From: Azolla caroliniana
Taxonomy: Eukaryota > Plantae > Polypodiophyta
Assembly (NCBI GenBank): GCA_043228905.1
Contig: JBHGNT010000003.1
Location: 14,694,001-14,758,000, forward strand
Length of the DNA stretch: 64,000 nt
Direction of reading: 5' to 3'
Numbering within the stretch: the stretch's first letter is position 1; each line of letters opens with the position of its first letter. The notes under the pieces were generated by a model. That model had not been told where the DNA came from, searched no databases, and saw nothing but the letters and a program-made list of their open reading frames with translations. A program made the position numbers and the translations under genes. Of this stretch, positions 51,027-64,000 are shown piece after piece.

Positions 51027-51439
51027 GTTCTAAGAGTATTTTTTGTTATGGGCATGACCATATCCCATGGTAAGTTTTACCGTAGTATTCTATACACGTG
51101 GATAAGTCATGCCCGTAACAATCACCCTCTCGATCTCTCTGAGGGTGTCATCGAATGAGACTGCCTCCACGACGCCGTTGATCGAGTCGTCAGGGCCCAT
51201 GGCTTCGCACGCCTTTCTCGTCTGTTGATGCCAATTAATGTACATCCTTCATTATTAGAGAGCCAAAATTTCCTACCTATGGTACAAGTGTGGGGTTTCG
51301 GCCGGTCGTCCAGACTAAACGCCGGTTATTTCCACACAAGTGTTCTTATCCTCTCTGACCCTGATGTTGGCGGATGCCGAGTAATGAATGGCCTCGTCAT
51401 TGTATGCCGCCACTTCCTCCATCAGCGCTTCATGCCACC

Positions 51440-53415
51440 TCATCTGATGTTCATCTCAAATCTGGGATTTTGTTCCATGTACATATATTCCTCAAGGTTT
51501 CCTTGGAGGAATGCATTCTTCACGTCCATCTGATGCAAGTGTCATCCCTTTGCCACTGCTACAACAAGCAAGATACGGATAGTCCTCATCTTTGTGATCA
51601 GTGGTAAGTTGGTAACGTTTCGTCATAATCGATTCTGTGTTGGCCACTTGTCGAGCCTTGTACTTGTTGATGTGGCTTGTACTTTACTTTGTAAACCCAT
51701 CTGCAGTAGATCGGCTTCACAGCTTTAGAGGGGGGTCAACCAAGTCCCACGTCTCATTATCGACCAACGCATGCATCTTTTCCTCCATGGCTGATTTCCA
51801 ATTGGCGTCCTATGCCACCTCTACGTAGCTCTCTGACTCGCGTATCTCAGCCACCTTGGTCAAGTACACATAATGATGCATCATGTACTCATTATACCCA
51901 TACCGAATAACACGGGTTTTCTAACAAGTTGATCGGCCCAACTTCTCGTTGACCATCTTCACAGCCCTTCTAGCCGATTCTAAGCTCAACTCAGAACCGT
52001 CTTTGCACATGACCTCGTCAGATTCGCTTCAATCCGACGTGCCCGCTTCAATGTCGTATTCTGACATCTTCTTCCTACCCTTCTTTCTATAGGTAAACCG
52101 TCTCTTCGGCATCACCATTGGGATTGCACGGTCGAGTCTTCATCGCTCACCCGCATGTCGATTGGTTGGTCGTTCCGACTCAGATCCTCATTCGACCCGC
52201 TTAGCCAAAATGAGATCAAACTCTCTTTTAGAGTGCCGATTTCTTCCTCATCAATTGGGTCATCCTCACTGGCCTCATCCTTAGAATTCGACATGGAGTC
52301 CATGGTGGTTGAATTTGTTAGAGGTTGGTACCAAGAAGCCGATTCGCCAAAAACTACATCGAGGCTAACTCGAACTTGTTTGGTCCGAGGGTTATAGCAT
52401 TTATAACCCTTCTGCTCATCCGAGTAGCCGACCAAGATACACTTCTCGGCTTTAGGATCAAGCTTCCTTTGCTTCTCCTTCGGCACATGCACATATGTTA
52501 TGCTACTAAACACCCTCAAGTGCACCAAGTTCGGCTTCTTCTCAAAGTACAATTTGTGTGGCGACACTTTACCTCGACTTGCAGATGTTTGATTCAAAAG
52601 GTAAACGACTATTCTAACCGCTTCGAACCATTAGAAGTTGGGCATGCTCTTCTCTTTGAGCATCGCCTTGGTCGTTTCCTCAATCATTCGGTTCATCCTT
52701 TCGGCTAGGACGTTTTGCTCCAACATATACCTGTAGGAGAATTCTTGGTGAGTTCCCTCCTGTAGGAAACTGGTAAACTGGTCGAAAAAGTATTCTTTTT
52801 CGCCATTGTTCCTAAGACATTTGATTTGTCAACCTGTCTCCTATTCAGCAAAGGCTTTTCACCTTTAGAAAGTAGGAGAAAACTTCGCTTTTCTTTTTGA
52901 TCAAACATGCCCAAATGTGCCAAGTGAAATCATCGATGAAAGTCATGAAATATCATCTCCCTCCGATTCTCACATTCTATGATGGTCCCCACACATCCGA
53001 GTGTATGAAATCGGGTTGATTTTGGCTCCAATTACATTCGTTGGGAAAAGGAAGCCAGTGCTACTTCCCTAATTGGCAAGCTTCATAGACTTGGCCCTTT
53101 CGGCCACTAAATTTCGACAAGCCAAAAACGGTGTTCTTGATCTACATTTCTTGAAGCCGTGAGAAGTTGATGTGGCCGATCTACTTGTGCCACAAGTTTG
53201 TGTCCAATTTGACCTTCTGTTCTTTGGTGAACATGGCAGTGCCGAAGTCGTTTGTCTCGAGGATAAACATCCTCCCCTTTCCACGCTCTCGAGCGATGAT
53301 CCATCGTTCCTTGATGAAGCACCCAAGGTGAGTGAACCTAGCTTGCATCCGTAGATCGACGATCTTGCCAACCGACACCAAGTTCTTGGTGATCATCGAG
53401 ATGTGTAGGACGTTC
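51440..53415 (-). mobile_element. Copia internal fragment K (A/C group: end of PR, INT, start of RT), no LTRs
   Basis: NVLHISMITKNLVSVG, KLDPKAEKCILVGYSDEQKGYKCYNP and [10 protein letters not shown] motifs, similar to C. Confidence 0.85.
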
Positions 53416-54792
53416 CTAAAAATAGAGAAATATATATATATATAAATGAATAAATCATACAAATAGAAATTAAGATAAAAAAAGATATATCCATATACAC
53501 ACATATGTATACCAAAATATAGAGAAAAAAACCTCATGTTATAATTGTCAACTAAACTATGAAGCTCTACTCGGGTATAAAACACGAGACTAAATCGCCA
53601 CATATAATCACAAATATCAACCAACCAATCACCCTCGCATGTAGTAGAGAAAATATTTTACATAATTATATAAAAAGAAAGAGAGAAATAGAGAATATCA
53701 AAGTTTTGTAATTGCTTGTTCTTAGATTGAGAAAATGTAATCCATTATTTACCCCTACATTAAGAAACTCATAAAAAAGAACACGCCAATACAAGAAAAC
53801 ATTAATCACAAACTGATAACAATTGTTAGAATCCTAATTCACGTTTAACAATTCTAAAGAGGAAAATAAGGAAGAAAGGGGGTTGATCCACCTCATTCCC
53901 GCTAGCTATTGAAGGTGAGAGACAAATCCAAGCCCCCCATCAATGTTGCATACCACTATGTACGAACGTGGAGGCACACGGGTATAACGCTAGAGCTTTG
54001 TCAAACTAACTAAGTATCTACACCAAAACAATAAATAAAAGAGATGCATCTTCATGAAGGTAGCTAACCTTCTTATATAGGGTCAAATGTTAGGCTCGTG
54101 TGTGTTTTCAATCTGTGAGTATGCTAATGTAGAATACATGGTATTTAGCCCTCACAAACTGTTAATTGGTATTACTCAAAATGTCTACATTTTAAACCAA
54201 AACCTAATGATGCAACAGGTCAGGAATTCATCTTTTCACTACGTGTCCTTCCAATTGATTTCATTCAATTGCAAATCAATATAAATGTATTTTATGGAAC
54301 TCAGAGGCGTAGCAAAGCTTTTACGCAATTCATTTCTAAAGTACACACTTATGATGCTGAAGTGATCGTGTATCAAGTTTTGACTCAACATTAATGGTCC
54401 CATACCTACAGAACATATGACTAAGTATTTTATTTGATATTCATTGTGATTATCGTACTGTTGCTGTTTAAATAACCAAGACAGAAAAATGAAAATAATT
54501 CTGATAAGAGATGATAGCCTGAAGTACTTTTACCTTTCTCTGTTTTGATAACTAAGAAAGAAAAATGAAAATAAAACTGGTAATGCATGGCAACCTAATA
54601 ATCTAAGGTATATTTAATGCAAAAATATTCTGCCGTCCATCATCAGGAAAATTAGTTAGAACTGAGAGATGTGATAAGGAAACGATATTTTATAATATAC
54701 AATCTAGCAAAGTGGTTAATCCCTGGTTGGAACTTGTGATGAGATGCCATCAATCCATGCATCTCAAAGTTTGAAATTTCCATTCAGCATGT

Positions 54793-56980
54793 TTAGCCAT
54801 ACGTATTTAAGATGCTCTTTTCTGAGGTTAATCTCGATGAAGCCATAAGAAAGCGAATCTACAGACAAACCGGAATCATCAGAAATTGGGAAATAGCTTC
54901 CATAGTAGACATAAAGAAAACAATTGAAGTACAGAGTACTAATGTGTGCACACTGCTACTTTCATAACATCTTCTGACACAATGGCACTTACCAACTGAA
55001 AGAAAACCATAGACCACCAAAAACCTTGAAGCCCATACCCCAGCATTTTCGATATCTGTATGCATCCTTACCCATGAAGTTTGTACAAGGGAAGCAAGAA
55101 TAAAATACCATTGATAAATATAATGACATCTTACCACCAACATGATTGATCCGGTAGTAAAACAGGAAACCATACTCAAGCTTAAAAACTGAAGGTCACG
55201 TCCAGCCTGTAAATTTTCAAACATGTAATGAATGTCGAAGAAGAAGCAAGATTAAGAGACAAACCAAGATTAAGGTATTTGTTAGGTTTGCATATCTATT
55301 AAGGTATTTACCAATAACGTTCCTTCAAGAGCAAGGAGAGGATGAGTAACCAATAGGCCACAAAATAGAGGGAAGCTAATCATGCGCATCTGGTGACAAA
55401 CAGAAAGAATCAGCATATGCAACTACATGCATACCACAAAGAAAAATGGTCAGCAATATTTCAACTTTTACTTGTCTAATCACTGCCATATCTCTGGTGA
55501 AGACTTGAGGACAGATCCATGGGACGCATATCGCTACAATTCCAAGTATCAATGCATTGAAAATGCCAATTACCAACAGTGATTTGAGGAGAACTTGTGC
55601 CTATGTTAGCATAAGACTGACTGAATATTATCTGAATTTTTGTCAAGAATGTAGTCATTTTCAAGAAATATTTAAATTAACCATGAAAGGTCCTTTGAAG
55701 GAATACATTCCAATGCAAAAGTTGAACATATTCATTAATTTACCCATACATTCTAAGACTGATACTCAAAAACGTGTTTATATGCCTCTAATTCAAGAGA
55801 TGTACTCCTTGGCTTAGACCTGAGATCAGAGGAAATTATTGTTTTATCTCTCTAGATGTAATTTCTAGAGTCTCATATGTCACTCATCCTTTCAAAGATG
55901 TTAATAAATTAAAAGTTAAAATAAATCTAACTTGAGAATCTTACATATATTGATAACAGTATTTTCCTTAGTCATGTTTATTTTTACACTTCACATTTTT
56001 ACCGAGTTACGTTAACTTTTGGTTGGTTCTCAAAAATGAGAAAACATTTCAAGATGTAATCTCTTGTTTGGTTTTATCGGCCATTTTGGCCTCTTGAAAG
56101 ATGTTAATATATTTTTCCTCCATGCCCATTACATCTTAATGTTTGGCATATTTTTATGCTCAAAATTTAGTTGGATTTTGTTTCACTGTATTTATTCAAC
56201 TGTACAATATACCCCCAAAGCAGTATGTTACGACTTTTTGTCCGCAGTCTTAAATTATCATAAATACATGAGTATGTATCACGTGACTTCACAACACTGG
56301 AATAGAAGAAGGTAGCATATTCCACAAAGTGTGAACATAATGTATTCTTGATTATGCATGCATTCCGCTGTTTTGTTTATTACCTTTTCTTAACTTGAAA
56401 TGCTTAAGAAAACCATTTAGATATAAAAATCATTGCTTCATTTTCCCGACCGAAGAATAAGAGAATGATCGTCACCCCATTTCAACCAATTCTTCATAAT
56501 GAAAATGAAATCTTGCTTTTGAACATATACCTGTATCAAGTGTATTTTAATATCCTTACAAGTGTAAATTTATAGTTATCCCCATATCCTAGAGTTGTCT
56601 CTTGTGCATTTAAGTAACAACCAGTTACGTTATTAGTTGATTGCAATGACATAAAATATTTTTTCTTGCAAGAAGATTCACACTACAATACAAGATGAAT
56701 GCCAGGGAGCCAACCTTCTTTGATTTCGGATTAGGTTTCTGAATTAAAGCTGGCATAAATGATTGGGCAGTTTGTGATAAGGATTCTGCAGGCACAGAAA
56801 CTGCTGAATACAATCCTACCATAACCTGAATTAAGAACCAAAAGTAGCCTATTTCATTCTGAACAACATAAATTATTATTCTTTTGGTTCTTCCAATCAA
56901 GAGCATGATACCTGATGGGCAGCCAATGCTAGAGTTCCCAAGGATGTTGTGAGATAGGTAACAAATGTATAGAAGGAGAC
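54793..56980 (-). CDS. DTX46: MATE efflux transporter, EDS5/EDS5H (DTX46/47)-like; last seven coding exons
   Basis: GT-AG, all phase-0 exons 56912-56980, 56715-56825, 55472-55600, 55312-55389, 55135-55206, 54993-55055, 54793-54858. They splice to VSFYTF..ALAAHQ/VMV..ESLSQTAQSFMP/AQVLLKSLL..VPW..VFTRD/..LEGTLL/AGRDLQFLSLSM/..GYGLQGFWW/IRF..*, which matches the EDS5-clade C-terminus. Exact orthology is uncertain and upstream exons were not found. Confidence 0.88.
55970..56118 (+). mobile_element. RTEX-like LINE 3' end fragment in the MATE intron
   Basis: AAGATGTAATCTC...GGCCATTTTGGCC...GTTAATATAT matches the 3' ends of the copies at 58.6 and 59.7 kb. Confidence 0.75.
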
Positions 56981-58274
56981 CTGAAAATCCAGATACACAT
57001 GATCCAATGAGTACATATTATTATTCACATGCCATCTGTTAAGTTTATTCAAGTCATAATATCTCGCAACTCGTAGTAGCAAATGAGCAACATTTGACAT
57101 GAAGTGTAGAACTTTATTACTATCAAATTGTTACTTTTGTGAAAAAGCTTGTGGTTTTGATCCATCCAACATTTTGTGACTCCACGTTTTATAATTCAGA
57201 ACTCTAGTTTGGTTCCTGAATTACATATCGTGCCAGAAAAAATCCACCTGGGTCCCCGAATCATGAGTCAAAACCCCCACTTGGGCCTTTGACTCACATT
57301 TTGTACCAAATCACATTTCAAGATTCAAGAACCCCTATGGATTCCTCAACAACATTTCATTACTCAAAAACCCTGCTTGGGTCCCAATCATATTTTGGAA
57401 TGAATCACATTGCATGACTCAAAAACCCCACCTCAGTCTCCATGTGGTTTATAAAATGTTAAAACTGTTAAGGAACTCTGCAAATTTAACACTAAAACCT
57501 TGCCTGGGTGCACATGTGATTTACAGAATGTTAAAAAATCTTAAGGAACTCTCCAAATTCAACACTTTCCAAGATCTTACTATTTCATATCCTTGTATTG
57601 CTCCTAATTGTAGCCCAACAGTAAAGTGTACTATAATGCAGCCTAATTTGCACATTACTAAAAAACATTGTACACAATGGAGCTTAAGTTGTGAAGCAAC
57701 CATGACATCATTTTAAGGTGAATATGTAGTTTCTTAAAGTTTTGTAAAAACAATCTATACAAAGCACCAACTACCTTTATCCTGAAACAAGTACCAAAAT
57801 AACAAAGAGCCATGACCTTCCTGAAAGTATGAAGCGATGGCTGATACGCATGTCAGATGATGTCCAATGCATGAGAAGAGTGGCAGATAATCAAACACAG
57901 AAATGACAGAAAAAGAAAAGAAAGAGCAATGAAGAGGATAACTATCAGTGCATTTTCTACTTGATCGGTGCCAAATCCGATGACTGGAAAATACGTACGA
58001 TTCATAGTATTTTGTGCTACTACATTAAGTACCACATTAACAAAACAATAAGCAATATGGTTAACTAGCTTTAAGGTATAGTGTGTATAATACGTTCCAT
58101 GAGGTATTATACAAACGTAACCATGAAATATGTGTACATAAAAACAATGTTTTGCAATGCACATGAAAGGCCTAAACTTAACAAAACACATTTAGTCACC
58201 CATGTAATGATAAAGCACTTGATTGAAGGAGCAGAAAATACTCTCCCGTGTAACAACCATCTCTTGTACCTGAA

Positions 58275-58482
58275 AAAATAGCATTCACTATCTCTGGTAG
58301 ACCTATTGTCTCGGCAGCTGATTACGTGTTACAAGGCTTTGAGTTGAAGGATGGATGCACAAAGATAATATACACTAGGAATCAGACTGGGCTGACTAAA
58401 TACCAATTTCCCCACGAGATAGTTGATGTGTATAATTGTGGAGTACACAATAGCATGCTAGATTGGGATCCTTTCATACCCA
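58275..58482 (+). mobile_element. RTEX-like LINE internal fragment (end of APE region)
   Basis: FELKDGCTKIIY..GLTKYQF..YNCGVHNSMLDWDPF matches minus-strand 62572-62940 FEVKDGCTKDVY..GLAKYLF..GVYNGMLDLDPF. Confidence 0.8.
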
Positions 58483-58594
58483 TACTTGGTTCATGCATCA
58501 ACTATAAGCCATTGGTGTCCCTGTCCATGAGAAATAACTCTCTTTGTGTTGATTGAGTGATGGGGGAAGTTATGCCTTGTATGAATCCGTGTTA

Positions 58595-59335
58595 GAAAGA
58601 AAGAAATAGAGATATATTAACGTCTATTAAGAGGCCAAAATGGCCTATAAGACCAAACAAGAGATTACATCTTAAGTGTTCTCATCTTTGAGAACAACAA
58701 ATCAAAATAAAATAAATATTACTAAGTAAATATAAAAATAAATGAGATAGAATGAGACTAGAGAATCTGGTTTTTGGCATACTACAATGATAAACCTGGT
58801 ATTCTTGTGATTCTACTCCTTGATTACAAAATTGGCAAATTCTTTTTTCTAGAGGTATTCTCTAACTGATGCGATGAAGTTTGCAGCTGCCCCATCACAC
58901 TACGCAGCGCATAAATAGATGTATGTCCATATAAGATGGCCTGATAATGAATCTATCCTATGATGCGTGTTACAAGTGTCTTGGTAGTGGGCCATCTTGG
59001 TACCAAGTGATATTTTGGGGCTGATCCATGTTACCTTGTTTTCCAAGTTAATAATATCACTTTAGATCACTTTGTTCATATTTACATTAGGACAGTCCAA
59101 GCTATATTGGAACTGAGGTAGTGCATTTATGCTTATGCCATGTGACTAGAACTAGTGTACATTTCAGCATACCAACTATGAATGTCTTCATTTTCATACA
59201 ATTGTCTTGATGACATATGTGCCAACTTTGGGTACCTTCGTTTAGGGAGCTCCCATAGACGTTGGATACAAGTCATTGATTGGAACAATGCCTCAATGAT
59301 TTTAGGAGCCGCTCCCATCTTTGCCACTGTGATTA
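58595..59335 (-). mobile_element. 5'-truncated RTEX-like LINE copy
   Basis: (CTTT)n tail and stem-loop at 58595-58655. MGAAPKIIEALFQS..QRLWELP matches the 60818-61270 ORF. Confidence 0.8.
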
Positions 59336-59663
59336 TAGGGTCATTGTTAGGAAAAGTGTGAGCTCCCAAAGGGTTCTCAAAGGCTGTGGCTAGCACAATA
59401 AGATTAAATCAATGATGCTTTGTGTATTTCCAAAAAACCTTTGACATTGTCGCACATGCTCACCCATTGTTGTCCATGTAGATATGCAATGGGAAATCTA
59501 TGCATGATATAAATCCGTGTTAGGAATAGTCCAATCTCCAAATTGTATGCTATAGCAAGAACAAATTTTGCTAAAACTGTGTACAAAATAATGAAAGAGA
59601 GATGGCGTGGTTAGATCCAAAGTGCCAAAGGAGTGATATGGGGGAGTGGACTACTATGCAAGG

Positions 59664-62600
59664 AGAAAGAAAGAAAGAAAGAAAGAAAGATATATTAATG
59701 TCTTTTAAGAGGCCAAAATGGCCTATAAGACCAAATACGAGATTACATCTTAAGTGTTGTCTCGTCTTGAGAACAAATCAAAATGAAATAAATATTACAC
59801 AGTAAATATAAAAATAAATAACATGAAAAGAAAATTAATGAGGGAATCTGGTTTTTGGCACATGTGAGATCCTCAAATTAGGTATATTGTAGGTTTTGTC
59901 TTTGAAAGATCTCTAGCATAGGTCGATCCAGAATGGAAATGTGTCCGAAGCGAGGGAAGCACCTACAATGGCGGGAGATAATGGCTTTTATCTGTCGATG
60001 ACAAGGGTGTCGAGGTCGTGGTCCATGGGGCCGAGCCTATGTGCACGGCAAATTGCCATTGCCCGATCAATTGTAACCCCTTTGTTATATCCTGGGGTTG
60101 ACTTCTAGCATTAGGAGTGATGGGGCTAAAGAAAGTTGTGATTGTTCTTTGTGGATAAGCTTGTGTGGTTGTATCCTTCAACAACTTTTCCCAATGTCTC
60201 TTGAGGTCTAGCAAGAGAAGTCCTAAGCATCGTTGGTCCTCATGTTCCATTACCTTGCGTAGTGGGCCAAAGCCTTCTTTAAAGAGGCAACGGTATCTCC
60301 CTTTGATTTCATAAAAGACACTACAATGACGAACATAGTGTTCTTCAGATTCCACTCCTTGACGACACAATTCGCAAATTCTCTCTTCTAGAGGTAGTCT
60401 TGTATATCTGCCTACCTCAAACTGTAGCTGATGTGATGAAGTTCACAGCTGCCCTATCACACTACACAACGCATAGGATAGATGTATGTCCATATAAGGT
60501 GGCCTGATGACAAATCCATCCTCCAATGCATGTAAGAAGTGTGTCTTATAGTGGGCCATCTTTGTACCAAGTAGTATTTTGGGGCTGATCCATGTTATCT
60601 TGTTTTCCAAGTTAATAATATCAGTTCGGATCACTCTATTCTTTTCTACTTTGGTCATATTTAGATGGGGACAGTCCAAGCTATATTGGAACGGGGGTAG
60701 TGCATTTATACTCATGCCATGCGATTCGAACCATTGCTACATTTCAGCATACCAACAATGAGTGTCTCCATTTTCAGCCAGTTGTTTTGATGACATAAGT
60801 GCCAACCTTGGGTACCTTCATTTATGGAGCTCCCAAAGACGTTGGATAAATGTCACTGATCGGAACGCCTCGGTTATTATAGGCGCTGCTCCCATCTCTG
60901 CCCGGATTATATCATGGGGCACCGATGCTTTGCACCTTATCATGCGAGCAATCATTGACACTAAAGGTCTCTCTAAATCTTTCCAATGATTTTCCTTATT
61001 AAGACTCGGTCCCCATGTCTCTACTCCATAGAGAAGAGTTGGTGTGACAAGTGTATCAAATAACCATAGCTTAGTCCGTGGCTCTTGGAACTCCAAATGT
61101 GCATATTGTCTCTCGAGAGCACCAAGGGCTGCATATGCACGAGAAAGTCGGGCACAAGCAGCCTCTTGTAAGGCGAACCTAGGTCCTGTAAATGTTACTC
61201 CTAGGTATGTGTAGGAGCGTCCACCTTTTCCTCTCCCAAGAAGAATTCTGGTTCTGATATTGTTACCCATGCTTGGGTGGTGTTAAACACCATCACTTTA
61301 GTTTTATTCATGTTGATTGACAAACCTTTGTCCGTACAAAATAATTTTAAGGCATTTAGATGTTTTTGTAGTCCCTCCGAAGAGTCAGAAATCAGTACAA
61401 TATCATCAGCATATAGTAATATTTGTATAACTATACCTGCGAGGTGTGCTCCGGAACCCCGAATCTCTCTATGTACTGTGATACCTCATCTATATAGAGA
61501 CCGAAGAGTGTGGGAGATAGTGGGTATCCTTGCTTCACGCCAATTGTGCTAGCCACCGCCTCTGACAAGCCCTTAGAAGACCGCACTTTTCTTGACACAG
61601 ATTCATAGAGTGCATAGATTCCCCATTGCATATCTATAGGAACACCCAGGGCTTCTAGCCGCTGCATAAGCTGAGCATGTGGCACAGTGTCAAAGGCTTT
61701 TCGAAAATCCACAAAGCAGCAATAAATCCTCTTATTGTGGGCTCCGCCCTCCTCAATAAGGGCCCGGAGGGTGAATATGTGATCCAAAGTTGTGAACCCC
61801 TTCCGAAAGCCTGCTTGTCCAATTGAACGGCAGCCATTTTGCTATGCCCATATACTCAATTCTGATTCTAGAATCGAGCCATATAGTTTAGCCAAGTAAT
61901 GGCCAATCATGATTGTCCTATAGTTGCTTGGCATCATGGGGTCTCCACTCTTAAGGATTGGCACAATGGTATGCTGAGTCCATCTAGTAGGAAAAACCTT
62001 CCCACATGGCCCTATTAAAGATGTGTGCTAGCAATGGGAGCAAGGTGTCACAAGCATAAATAAAGTGCTCACCCACCAATCCATCATGATCTTGGGCCTT
62101 CCCAAATTGTAGCCGATCAATGGCATTTCTTACATTTTGTGGTGTAAAGAAGGTTGATTCATGTGGGCGTGAGGCATTTGGGTGGGGAAGAGGAGGTTGC
62201 CCCGGGATATCATATAGAACCTTTGCATATTCCGGCCACACCTGAGGTAAGGTCAGTTGTGAGGTGGGTTGCCTCCCATTAAACATTTTCCATGTTCTTT
62301 TACTCTCTTGTCCTAGAAACATGCGATACAAATGATCTTCAAATTCAGCCAAATACAATCTCTTCTTCTTCCTCACGAGGCGTTGGAAGGTTGCTCTCGC
62401 TTGGTTGTGTGTATAAATACCCCGAGTTACATCACGTTGCAAGCATCTCCTTGTATCACGGTATTCCTCATTATACCAACTATTTTGTATTACTCTACCG
62501 AGTTTGGGGGGATTGGCCGTTGTGTGAGGGAAGGCATTTGTGGCTGCTTTATGCAATGATTTGGATAAACCTTAGGTAAGTTCTTCAAGGGGTGCGAAAG

Positions 62601-63050
62601 GATCCAAATCTAGCATGCCATTGTATACACCGCAACTACACACATCAATTGTCTCGCGAGTGAATAGATACTTAGCCAGACCACTCTCCTTAGCATATAC
62701 ATCCTTTGTGCATCCATCCTTTACCTCAAAGCATAGATATGCATGATCAGCTACCAAGCCAATAGGTCTTCCCGATATAGTGAACACTTTTATTTCAGGT
62801 ATAAGAGATGGAGATCCCATTAGATAATCGATTGTGCTTGCACTCATATCTTGAGCTTGTCGCTTTAGATCAACCTCTTCCGCCATAACTTCTCCATAAA
62901 CATCCTCGTTGGTGTTAAACATAGTTGTTTGTTTGTGCATTGAAATCTCCTAATAGTATTATGTCCCCCATAGTGGCAAATCTTATGATATCATCATGTA
63001 GTGGTAGATATGGTAATTCACCTAGAGGTGCAAAATGTAGAGAAAACCCT
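59664..63050 (-). mobile_element. Decayed RTEX-like LINE copy (APE end, RT, C-terminus, 3' tail)
   Basis: GDFNA near 62950, DHIFTLR..CCFVDFRKAFDTV, GVKQGYPLSPTLF, QEPRTKLWLFD and a (CTTT)n tail. Homologous to, but diverged from, the 35-41 kb copy. Confidence 0.88.
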
Positions 63051-64000
63051 AGCCGCTAAAGTCCCTATCTCATTATGACAGATTTGGGACCAATTCTTAT
63101 TGATAAGTAACTTTTAGGTTATTTGGGCATGTTCACACTTGGCCAATGACCAAGAGTTATAAAGATAATGTAAATGCCTACAACCCCCCAAAATGGGGCC
63201 CAAAACATAGTAAATATGTGTCTAGGAACCTCTCGAAGGGAGCTTTCACATGGAAGGGTCAAAATATACAAAAAGGAGAGTAATTGGGCCTTTATCCCCA
63301 ACAAATATAGTGGAAGTGCTAATCATGATATTTGATCTTTACGATAGGAAATTAAGTACCCTATTAAAAATGTTAGCACTACAAACTGAAGTTATCCTAT
63401 TCATTAGAAAGAGCGCATTAGTAGCACGTGGGAAATTATATATGGAGGACATTTCTTTTAAAGAAAGGAATTAAGAAATCTCAAAGAAAAACAAAAACAA
63501 AAAAACAACCGCTTTACATAAAGCATTTTAACTAAATAGGAGTGTCGCCTCTTTGGATTCTTCAACCACCTCATCAATTCATCAATTTAATTTGAGTTTT
63601 TACATAGGGAGTTTTTATTTCAAAGTACCAATCCCCCTTCTTGTGTAGTCTGAAAACGAAATGCTGATTTAGTTCCATAGGTCAAAATTGGCCTCCTCAT
63701 GGACAATAAAACATCTATTCTATTCTATTAGCTATTCATTCTAGGACCTTGCTGATCAAAATTCATCGATCACTCAAGAGACTTATCTATTTGGATGGTG
63801 GGCTCTTTTCATGCTCATAAGAATTATTCTATTTTCCTAGAACTCTTTGAACAGAAAAGTTGTTATGAACAGGATTTACAATTGTAGCTAAAGATTCAAA
63901 TCTCCTTATTTCATTTAAACTTGCCAACATTCGTAGAAAGCATCATCAAAACACATCCTGAAGAAAGATGAAGAAAATGTGAGGTATTGAGAAGTTGCTG

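Noticed and set aside
57775-58270. Candidate upstream MATE exons (AG/GT-flanked stretches near 57775-57820 and 58200-58268; also 63840-63957)
   Set aside because: Their translations do not resemble the expected EDS5-clade sequence.

Overview
Land-plant nuclear DNA (a non-seed plant is plausible, by inference only), read by eye without alignment tools. Positions 1 to ~53.4 kb are a deeply nested retrotransposon cluster, labelled here A-K. It contains two Ty1/copia groups: A, B, C, E, K and a solo LTR with the PBS abutting the LTR (lineage uncertain), and Tnt1/Tork-like D, F, H, I and a solo LTR. It also holds a non-chromovirus Ty3/gypsy (G) with a ~3 kb extra 3' ORF, a chromovirus 3' remnant (J), an L1-clade LINE and a near-complete RTEX-like LINE. 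Only D is intact (724-bp LTRs with one visible mismatch, 1357-aa ORF). From 54.8 kb on the minus strand lie the last seven exons of an EDS5/DTX46-like MATE transporter, with decayed RTEX-like copies in one intron and upstream. The most interesting observations are: D looks like a capsid-swap chimaera; a conserved hairpin encloses the PPT/LTR junction in B and C; the RTEX-like 3' stem-loop shows a compensatory change; nested insertions cluster at LTR TATA boxes; and G carries an unexplained coiled-coil ORF. No CRISPR array, rRNA gene or functional tRNA gene was found.
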